A stretch of DNA of 64,000 nucleotides from Vicinamibacteria bacterium (GTDB taxonomy: Bacteria > Acidobacteriota > Vicinamibacteria > Marinacidobacterales > Marinacidobacteraceae): positions 384,001 through 448,000 of the forward strand of contig OZ219816.1 in assembly GCA_964291235.2 (NCBI GenBank). Direction: 5' to 3'. The translations under genes and the position numbers were made by a program. Shown piece after piece: positions 56,841-64,000 of this stretch. Each line of letters starts with the position of its first letter. Within the stretch, counting starts at the first letter, position 1. Under the pieces are notes generated by a model. That model had not been told where the DNA came from. It searched no databases and saw only the letters and a program-made list of their open reading frames with translations.

Positions 56841-58202
56841 CTACGGCTCACCGTCCCCCGCCGGGGCTGGGCGACCGGCCTGAGCAGCGGCGGGAGTTTC
56901 GCGGCCATCGGCCGCGATGCCGGTCTGGAGACCGGCGCTCCTTCGGTACGCGTCGGCGAGGAGTTCCACCGGGTGGGCCACTTCCGCACGCAACCCGGCG
57001 CGGCGGGCGCCTTCGGCGAGCTGGAGCTGACAGCCGATGTTCCCGGTGGCGATCAGGTCCGGGTTCGCGGGCGCGATGTTGGCCATCTTCCGATCGAGCA
57101 CCGCCATCGAGGTGTCGTGGCGGGTCACGTTGTAGATCCCGGCCGAACCGCAGCAGCGCTCGGGATCGCGGACGGTGACGAGCTCCACCCCGGGCAGGCT
57201 GCGCAGGATCCGGAGCGGCTCCTCCCGGACCTGCTGGGCGTGGAAGAGATGACAGGGCGCGTCGTATACAACCCGGAGGAGCGTTTCCCGCGGCCCGGCG
57301 CCGGGCGACTCCAGGCCGTTTTGGGAGAGGAAAGCCGAGACATCGGTGATCCGGGCCGAAAAACGCCCCGCCTCGCCTTCGTCATCCAGCAACTCGTCGT
57401 ACTCGGCCAGCGCGGCGCCGCAGCCGGCGGCGGTGGTGATGACCGGCAGGCCGTCCGGAAAGGCTCCGAGGTTCTGCCGCGCCAGCGGACGGGCCAGGTC
57501 CGGAAGGCCGGCGTGGAGGTGGAGGGCGCCGCAACACCCCTGCCCCTCCGGGATCACCACCTCCCACCCGTTGCGTGACAGCGCCTCCACCGCCGCCCGG
57601 CTCGTCTCCGGGCGAAGATGGGGCGCCACGCAGCCGAGAAAAAGCGCCACCGTCCCCCGCGGTTCCCCTTGCGCCGGCGTCCGCCGCGGCAACGGGTCCC
57701 GGGCCGCAACGTCGGGGAGCAGCCGCTCCCGCGCGGCCAGCTTCGGAAGCACCCGAGCGAGCAGCGGACGCACGAGGCGGCGAAGTCCGACCGTTCCCGC
57801 CAGCCGCAAGCACGCCATGGCCGCCCGCAACACCGCCGGCCGCGCCACGACCGCACCGAGAACGAACCGCTTCAGGATCCGCACCCGCCGCGGCTCCACC
57901 CGCTCCTCGTCCAGCAGCCCGCGGACTCCCTCGACGATGGCTCCAACCTCGACCCCCGCCGGGCAAACGGTCTCGCACCCGCGGCACGCCAGGCATTCGT
58001 AGAGGTCTTCGGCCAACCCGGCGCTGGCCGGCAGCCGGCCCTCGAGAACGGCCCGGGCGTTGAACACCTGCCCCCGCGGCGCGAGAGACTCGCGCGGGGC
58101 GTTCTCGTAGGCGGGACAGGCCGGTAGGCAGAGGCCGCAGTGGACGCAGGCGAGCGTCTTCTCGTAGATCCGCAGCGCCTCGCCGCCCGTCGGTTGGGTC
58201 AC
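56841..58202 (-). CDS. glcF: Glycolate oxidase Fe-S subunit
   Basis: CVHCGLCLPACP, CLACRGCETVCP, two CCG domains. Confidence 0.9.
   Translation of the reverse strand: MTQPTGGEALRIYEKTLACVHCGLCLPACPAYENAPRESLAPRGQVFNARAVLEGRLPASAGLAEDLYECLACRGCETVCPAGVEVGAIVEGVRGLLDEERVEPRRVRILKRFVLGAVVARPAVLRAAMACLRLAGTVGLRRLVRPLLARVLPKLAARERLLPDVAARDPLPRRTPAQGEPRGTVALFLGCVAPHLRPETSRAAVEALSRNGWEVVIPEGQGCCGALHLHAGLPDLARPLARQNLGAFPDGLPVITTAAGCGAALAEYDELLDDEGEAGRFSARITDVSAFLSQNGLESPGAGPRETLLRVVYDAPCHLFHAQQVREEPLRILRSLPGVELVTVRDPERCCGSAGIYNVTRHDTSMAVLDRKMANIAPANPDLIATGNIGCQLQLAEGARRAGLRAEVAHPVELLADAYRRSAGLQTGIAADGRETPAAAQAGRPAPAGDGEP
56896..56941. repeat. REP element inside the glcF 3' extension
   Basis: GCCGGTCTGGAGACCGGCGCTCC; translated as RSAGLQTG in GlcF. 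Confidence 0.7.
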
Positions 58203-58212
58203 GGCGACAATC

Positions 58213-58397
58213 TAGCAGCCGGTGGTGAAACCCCCGTGAGCGCCGAGAGTGGCGAGGCGCCCGGCTGACAAGGCGCGTGAGGGAGGAATACCGAGTGTAT
58301 TTCGACCGAAGCGCAACGCAGAGCGCCGCGTAGCGGCGCGGTTCAGCCGGGATGCATCGCCGCTTGAACGCCGCGGGGGTTTTGCCACAGGCTGCTC
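58213..58397 (-). mobile_element. 185-bp MITE-like element, copy 4, between glcE and glcF
   Basis: Near-exact reverse complement of copy 1; same length. Confidence 0.82.
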
Positions 58398-58431
58398 TAC
58401 GACCGAGGCGGAAGAAGACACCGGACGGCCG

Positions 58432-59661
58432 TCAAGAAGGCATCCGGCCGGGCGCCAGAATCCCCTCGGGGTCCAGGGCGGTCTTGATCCGGCGCGAGAG
58501 GGCGCGAATCGTGCGAGCCGGCGGCGGGTGAAAGACCGGATGCTCCTTTTTCCACCCGGCCGGAGCGGTCTCGACCAGCGCCCGGACGTCCGGCTCCTCG
58601 CGAAGGGCCCCGAGAGCGGCCTCGAAATCACCGACCGGAACGCTCGCGACGGCGCGGCGCTGATCGGGGAAGGCGACGGGGGGACCGAAGGCGGCCAGGC
58701 GCCAGACGGTTCGGAGGAGCGCCGCCGGCGGGCCGCGAAGCGCTACCCCGAGGGCGTCCTGCCGATCGGGGACCAGCGCCGGGAAGTCCCGGACGCCGTT
58801 CCAGAACGTCGCTTCTTCCGCACCTTCCAGCGTCTCGAGGTCTCCCCGGGTGGCGCCCGCAATCCCCCGGGTCGATGCCGCGGCCTCCTCGGTGAGTCCC
58901 TCGAAACGCACCGCCACGCGAAAACCCCCGTCCTCGGGAAGGCCGGCAAGCCCGCTGCCGGGCGGCACGACGGCGATCGCGGCCGGATTCGGCGCTCCGG
59001 CGGCCGCGGCCAGCACCCGCTCCGCGAACCACTCCACCGAATCGGAGACCGGCAGGGGCGCCACCACCGTGCGCGAGGCCTCGGGGAGCGCCTTGAGGCG
59101 CAGGGTGACGCGCGTCAGGGCGCCCAGGGTGCCGAGCGAGCCGGTGAAGAGCTTGGTCAACTCATAGCCGGTGACGTTCTTCACGACCCGCCCCCCGGAT
59201 CGAATCCGGGTGCCGTCCGCGAGCACCGCCGAAAGTCCCAGGAGGAGATCCCGGGGCCGGGATCCGGGAACCACCCGGAATCCCGAATCCGCCGCCGCGA
59301 TCACTCCGCCGAGCGTCGCGCGGTCCGGCAAGGGTGGATCGAGGGGGAGGAACTGACCGTGCGGCGCCAACTCCCGGTTGAGGGCCTCGACCGTCGTCCC
59401 CGCCCGGGCCTCCACGGTGAGATCGCCGACGTGGTGGTCGATCACGCCCGACAGCCCGCGGAGGTCCACCAGCAGATCGGCGCGCTCCGGCGGCGATCCC
59501 AATTCGAGGCGGCTGCCGCCGCCCCGGAGGATGACCGTCTCTCCGGACCGGGACGCCTCCGCGAACAGGTCGGCCAGCTCCTCCTCGCTCGCGGGGGCCA
59601 GAGTCCGGCCGACCGGGATTCCGGCGACCGCCACGGCTCCCCGATCCGCAGCCAGGCTCAC
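58432..59661 (-). CDS. glcE: Glycolate oxidase FAD-binding subunit
   Basis: DLTVEARAG, LDPP, TLGG..A, GGRVVKNV.GY.L.KL..GS.GTLG, K..LDP.G.L.PGR. Confidence 0.88.
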   Translation of the reverse strand: MSLAADRGAVAVAGIPVGRTLAPASEEELADLFAEASRSGETVILRGGGSRLELGSPPERADLLVDLRGLSGVIDHHVGDLTVEARAGTTVEALNRELAPHGQFLPLDPPLPDRATLGGVIAAADSGFRVVPGSRPRDLLLGLSAVLADGTRIRSGGRVVKNVTGYELTKLFTGSLGTLGALTRVTLRLKALPEASRTVVAPLPVSDSVEWFAERVLAAAAGAPNPAAIAVVPPGSGLAGLPEDGGFRVAVRFEGLTEEAAASTRGIAGATRGDLETLEGAEEATFWNGVRDFPALVPDRQDALGVALRGPPAALLRTVWRLAAFGPPVAFPDQRRAVASVPVGDFEAALGALREEPDVRALVETAPAGWKKEHPVFHPPPARTIRALSRRIKTALDPEGILAPGRMPS

Positions 59662-59675
59662 CCGACCCTCACGGA

Positions 59676-61157
59676 TCAGATCCAGGCCCCCGGGATCGCC
59701 GCGACCCGGCCGGGCAAGCCATTTTCGGGGCCGGTGTCGAGGCCGTTTTCGGGGCCACTTTGGGGCCCCGCTCCCCGCTCGCCACAGCCGGCGCGCACCG
59801 GGAAGATCTTGCCGGGGTTGAGCAGCCCCTGCCGGTTCCAGCAGTCGCGGATCCGGCGCATCGCGGCGATGTCGTCTTCACCGAAGAGCAGGCCGAGGGA
59901 ATCGCGCTTTTCGATCCCCACTCCGTGTTCGCCGGACAGCACGCCGCCGAGCCGGACGCACATGGAGAGCAAGTCGTGGCTCGCGGCGAGTACCCGGGCC
60001 TTTTCGTCCGGGTCCCGTCCGTCGTAGGAAATGCAGGGATGGAGATTTCCGTCGCCGGCGTGAAATACGTTCGCCACCCGGATGCCGTGGCGTTGGCCGA
60101 TCCGCTCGACCTCCGCGATGGCTTCGGGGAGCGCGGAGCGGGGGACCACCCCGTCCTGGACGTAGAGGTCGGTCGAGATGCGGCCCATGGCGCCGAACGC
60201 GTGCTTGCGGCCGCGCCAGAGGAGCTCCCGCTCCTCCGCGTCGCGCGCAACCCGGATCTCCAGGGCTCCGCAGTCCTGAAGCATGCGATCCACGTCGGTT
60301 CGCTGCCGGCCTACGGCGTCCTTCGCTCCGTCGAGTTCGAGGAGCAGCACGGCTCCGGCGCCCTTCGGGTATCCCGCCCCGATTCCCGCCTCCACCACCT
60401 CGATGGTGGCCGCGTCGAGCATCTCCATCGCCACCGGAATGATGCCGGCCGCCACGATCCGGGAGACGGCCTCGCACGCCGGTATCAACCCCGCGAAGGG
60501 AGCCAGCAGCGTCTCCACGGTTTCGGGAACGGGGAGCAGACGCACCACCGCCTCGGTGGCGATTCCCAGGGTGCCTTCGGAGCCGACGAAGAGGCCGAGC
60601 AGGTCGTAACCGGCGTCGTCCTCCGAAAGGACCACCACTTCCCCGTCGTCAAGAACCACGGTCGCCGCGACGATGTGGGCGGTGGTCGCCCCGAGCTTGA
60701 AACAGTGTGGTCCCCCCGAGTTCTCGGCGATGTTGCCCCCCAGGGTGCAGGCAGACTGGCTCGAGGGGTCCGGCGCGAAGAAGAGCTCGTGGGCAGCGGC
60801 CGCCCGGGAAATCTCCAGGTTGACCACCCCGGTCTGACAACGGGCCGTGCGCTCCTGAGGATTGATGCCCAGGACCCGGTTCATACCCGCGAGGGCGATC
60901 ACGACTCCACCTTCGAGAGGGGTCGCGCCTCCCGAAAGGCCGGTCCCGGCGCCCCGGGCGGTGAAGGGGACGCCGGCCGCCGCGCACGCCCGGACGACTT
61001 CGGCGACCTCCGCCGTCGTGCGCGGCAGCGCCACCGCGTGCGGAGCGCTCCGGTACGCGGTGCTGCCGTCACACTCGTAGGGGAGGGTGTGCTCCGGACG
61101 GACGAGAAACCCGTGTTTCCCGAGCAGCGGGCGAAGTTCGGCGGCGAGGGCTTCCAT
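59676..61157 (-). CDS. glcD: Glycolate oxidase subunit GlcD (FAD-linked oxidase)
   Basis: RGAGTGLSGG, APDPSSQ..CTLGGN.AENSGGPHC.K.G, HAGDGNLHP, GEHGVG.EK, LNPGK. Confidence 0.93.
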   Translation of the reverse strand: MEALAAELRPLLGKHGFLVRPEHTLPYECDGSTAYRSAPHAVALPRTTAEVAEVVRACAAAGVPFTARGAGTGLSGGATPLEGGVVIALAGMNRVLGINPQERTARCQTGVVNLEISRAAAAHELFFAPDPSSQSACTLGGNIAENSGGPHCFKLGATTAHIVAATVVLDDGEVVVLSEDDAGYDLLGLFVGSEGTLGIATEAVVRLLPVPETVETLLAPFAGLIPACEAVSRIVAAGIIPVAMEMLDAATIEVVEAGIGAGYPKGAGAVLLLELDGAKDAVGRQRTDVDRMLQDCGALEIRVARDAEERELLWRGRKHAFGAMGRISTDLYVQDGVVPRSALPEAIAEVERIGQRHGIRVANVFHAGDGNLHPCISYDGRDPDEKARVLAASHDLLSMCVRLGGVLSGEHGVGIEKRDSLGLLFGEDDIAAMRRIRDCWNRQGLLNPGKIFPVRAGCGERGAGPQSGPENGLDTGPENGLPGRVAAIPGAWI

Positions 61158-61340
61158 CAGGAGCGAATGCCGGCGCTCCCGGGCACCGGCGCCCGGAAGT
61201 ATCCCAGTCTTCGGGAAAATCCCGGCGTCCGGGGACCCCGGCCGGATCGGCAACTCGCGGCAGGTGGGGATATACTGGCAAACGGTCTGCCCGTAGTCGC
61301 GGCATGCGGCTGCCGGGCAACCCGGGTCAAGGAGTTCTCA

Positions 61341-61844
61341 ATGCACAGCGTATTGACGCAACCAACGGTCAAACGAGCGGAACCCGAGTCGGCGGAGCAG
61401 GTGGTCCGCGGACAGATGAAGGTCATGCACCGCACGCTGAAGGTGGTCACCGACTCCAGGGTGGAACTCCACAACATCAGCGACCAGGTACGCGACCACG
61501 TAAGAGCCTCGGGAATCAAGGCCGGTTTTCTCATCCTTTCGAGCCTCCACACCACCACCGCGCTCTTCATGAATGAGTTCCAGGCGGCTCTGATGGCGGA
61601 CCTCACCGAGTGCCTCGAGCGCCTGGTGGACACCGACGACGGCTATCTCCACAACTGTGAAGACTGTTCCGACTGCGAGCGGAAGAACGCCGACGCACAC
61701 CTCCGCGCCACCCTGCTCGGTCACAACGTGACCGTTCCGATCCACGAGGGAGACCTCAACCTCGGGCAGTGGCAGAGCATCCTGTTCGCCGAGTTGGACG
61801 GCCCGCGCCAGCGCACGGTAACCGCCCACCTGATCGGCGTCTAA
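61341..61844 (+). CDS. yjbQ: YjbQ (UPF0047) family protein
   Basis: HTTTAL..NE, NADAHLRA.LLG, LGQWQSI.F.ELDGPR.R; AAGGAG RBS. Confidence 0.9.
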   Translation: MHSVLTQPTVKRAEPESAEQVVRGQMKVMHRTLKVVTDSRVELHNISDQVRDHVRASGIKAGFLILSSLHTTTALFMNEFQAALMADLTECLERLVDTDDGYLHNCEDCSDCERKNADAHLRATLLGHNVTVPIHEGDLNLGQWQSILFAELDGPRQRTVTAHLIGV

Positions 61845-61928
61845 CAGCCTGGGCAGTACCCGCGGCGCCGGGCGCGGCAGCCGGACGCCGGCAGGTTTGA
61901 CCGCCGGCGGCAACCCGGTGGCAAGGAA

Positions 61929-62669
61929 GTGACCGCGGAGTCCGGCCGGGTTCCGCATTCGTCCGATCCGGGCCGGATGGGACCCCCGGTAGCCATCGTC
62001 ACCGGCGCCAGCCAGGGAATCGGGGCGGCCACCGCGTTGAAGCTGGCCGAACGCGGTTTCGCCATCGGCATCGCGGCGCGGCGCCCCATGGGACTGGTGG
62101 GCGTCCAGAACCGGATCCAGCAGGGCGGCGGCTTCGCCTTCGTCGCTCCGACCGACGTGACCCAGCCCGGGCAGGTCGGCGAACTGGTCGAGGAGACCGA
62201 GCGGCGGCTGGGTCCCGTCGAACTCCTGATCAACGCCGCCGGAGCGGTCCACCGGGCGCCCCTGACCTCGACTTCCGAAGCGGATTTCGACGGGGTGCTG
62301 GCAGTCAACCTGAAGGGGACGTTCCTCTGCACCCGCGCGGTGCTCCCGCGCATGATCGAGCGGCGCCGGGGCCGGATCGTCAACCTCGCCGCGATGGCCG
62401 GCCGGATCGGCGCGCCCCGCTTGGCGGCCTACTGCGCCTCGAAGTGGGGCGTGGTGGGCTTCACCAAGGCTTGCGCCGAAGAACTGCGGCCCGCCGGGAT
62501 CTCGGTCTTCGCCGTCTGTCCCGGGTCCGTGGATACCGATTCCTACCGGGCCGCCATCCCGGGCGCCAAGCCCCGGTCGGGCCCCGAGTCGGTGGCCGAC
62601 GTCATCGCCTGGCTCGGCACCGAGGCGCCGGCCTCGATGAGTGGTAGCGTCGTCGACGCCCCGGGATAA
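61929..62669 (+). CDS. SDR family oxidoreductase
   Basis: VTGASQGIG, INAAG, YCASK, CPGSVDT. Start may be ATG 61977. Confidence 0.9.
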   Translation: MTAESGRVPHSSDPGRMGPPVAIVTGASQGIGAATALKLAERGFAIGIAARRPMGLVGVQNRIQQGGGFAFVAPTDVTQPGQVGELVEETERRLGPVELLINAAGAVHRAPLTSTSEADFDGVLAVNLKGTFLCTRAVLPRMIERRRGRIVNLAAMAGRIGAPRLAAYCASKWGVVGFTKACAEELRPAGISVFAVCPGSVDTDSYRAAIPGAKPRSGPESVADVIAWLGTEAPASMSGSVVDAPG

Positions 62670-62686
62670 CTGCTGTGGAGGCCACC

Positions 62687-64000
62687 ATGAAGATGCGCAC
62701 TCTCCTTCTGGCCGCCGGTAGCGCGGCTCTCCTGGGACCGGCCTGCGGCCCGTCGGGACCCGCCGCCGACGCGATCTACCGGGGCGCCAAGGTGGTCACC
62801 GCCGACGACGACTTCACCATCGCCGAGGCCTTCGCGATCGTGGACGGCCGGTTCGCGGCGGTGGGTTCCGCGGAGGAGGTCGGGGATGCCTTCCCGGGCG
62901 GCGCGCCGGTGGTCGTGGATCTCGAAGGGAGAACGGTCCTCCCGGGTTTCAACGACAACCACATTCACCTGGGCCCCGGGCGGACGCTGCAACGGTGGGA
63001 GGACGGGCTGGTTCCGGGCCTGCCGGAGTGGTCGGCGGAGGCAACCGAGCCCGACGAACTCTTCGCCGCGCTCGAGGCGGAAGCCGCCACCCGGCCGCCC
63101 GGTGAGTGGATCCGGGGCGGACTCACCCGGATGGACTGGCCCAACAGCCGGATCCCGGATCGCTGGCTCCTGGATGAAGCCGCTCCCGACAACCCGGTGA
63201 TGCTCACCCGCGGCCCCCACACCTACCTGCTGAACTCGCCGGCGCTGGCACTCGCCGGAATCGACCGCAATACGCCCGACCCCGAGGGGGGTTGGATTTT
63301 CCGGGACGCGAACGGCGAGCCGACCGGTCGTGTCCTCGAGTCGGCGCGGCGGATCGTGGACCAGATCCTGCCGCCGCTCCCCCCGATCGACTACGAACAG
63401 GGAATCGAGACCATGCGCGCCTCCCTGGGCAAGCTGTCCGCCATGGGCATCACCAGCGTGAACATCGCCGGGATCCGGCCGCCGGGGATCCCGGCGGTGC
63501 GGGATCTCTACGCCCGTTACGGCGAGGAGCTGCCCCGGGCGACGATGCAGGTGCGCCTCAGCCCGGGTCACGACACCTACGATCACGGCGAGGAGGGGAT
63601 CCGGCAGGAGATCGAGGCCCTCGAGGGACTCGGCTTCGTCACCGGCGAGGGCGACGAACGCTTCCGCATCGGCGCCATCAAGATGAGCATTGACGGCGGC
63701 TTGAGCGCTCCGGTGTTCTGGTCCCTCGAATCCTACGAGGGCAAGCCCGACTTCTTCGGCGCCATCCGCATTCCCGCCGATGTCTTCCACCCCGTCGCGA
63801 GACGGGCCCACGAGCTCGGCTGGCAACTCGGCATCCACGCCATGGGCGACGGGGCGGTCAAGATGGTGGCGGAAGAGATGGCGCGCATCCTCGATGAGTT
63901 TCCCCGGGACGATCACCGCCACTACATGCATCACGTGGCAGTGAAGCCGCCCGAGGAGACAATGGAGCTGATGGCCGAACGCGGGATCATGGTGGCCAGC
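62687..64000 (+). CDS. Amidohydrolase 3 (YtcJ-like) lipoprotein, 3' end runs off the window
   Basis: Manual translation MKMRTLLLAAGSAALLGPAC...DLEGRTVLPGFNDNHIH...G.PTG...K..IDGG...IHAMGD; GGAGG RBS. Confidence 0.88.
   Translation, partial: MKMRTLLLAAGSAALLGPACGPSGPAADAIYRGAKVVTADDDFTIAEAFAIVDGRFAAVGSAEEVGDAFPGGAPVVVDLEGRTVLPGFNDNHIHLGPGRTLQRWEDGLVPGLPEWSAEATEPDELFAALEAEAATRPPGEWIRGGLTRMDWPNSRIPDRWLLDEAAPDNPVMLTRGPHTYLLNSPALALAGIDRNTPDPEGGWIFRDANGEPTGRVLESARRIVDQILPPLPPIDYEQGIETMRASLGKLSAMGITSVNIAGIRPPGIPAVRDLYARYGEELPRATMQVRLSPGHDTYDHGEEGIRQEIEALEGLGFVTGEGDERFRIGAIKMSIDGGLSAPVFWSLESYEGKPDFFGAIRIPADVFHPVARRAHELGWQLGIHAMGDGAVKMVAEEMARILDEFPRDDHRHYMHHVAVKPPEETMELMAERGIMVAS

Noticed and set aside
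59718-59756. Short in-frame duplication (GPENGL twice, 24-bp period) in the GlcD tail
   Set aside because: Probably slippage in a low-constraint C-terminal region.
61841-61851. CTAACAGCCTG at the yjbQ stop, resembling the MITE terminus
   Set aside because: Only about 10 bp match, with no core or second end; may be chance.

Overview
GC-rich bacterial chromosomal segment (roughly 70% GC by eye). Two ADOP-type duplicated MacB permeases, paired amidohydrolases and a DUF5916 protein suggest Acidobacteriota; a host-associated lifestyle is possible but is inference only. Housekeeping genes: trmB, uvrA, uvrC, trpS, scpAB, a rluB-cmk fusion, glcDEF and yjbQ. Also present are many secreted hydrolases, oxidative-stress genes (DyP peroxidase, tandem katG, ferritin-like VIT1) and three toxin-antitoxin loci (vapBC, hipBA, an orphan phd-like gene). 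The most unusual part is an accessory block at about 37.2-49.4 kb bracketed by an exact 24-bp inverted REP pair. It holds hipBA with three operators, a 1-kb array of 34 AGCTCCGGTCGATA cores spaced 21/32 bp apart (helically phased), and an alpha carbonic anhydrase. It also holds a minus-strand cassette: adaptor, ABC ATPase, second adaptor, ankyrin protein (frameshifted), permease and a divergent Cys-rich sigma70 factor, with a shared bipartite upstream motif. Elsewhere: four copies of a 185-bp TIR element (one truncated) that follow stop codons in sense orientation, an unclassified cloverleaf-on-a-stem structure after cmk, two secreted OB-fold-like paralogs ending in seven arginines with a conserved leader, and two genes that appear to need non-canonical start codons (ACG, CTG). 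No rRNA, canonical tRNA, CRISPR array or transposase was found. All calls come from reading motifs by eye; no database search was run.
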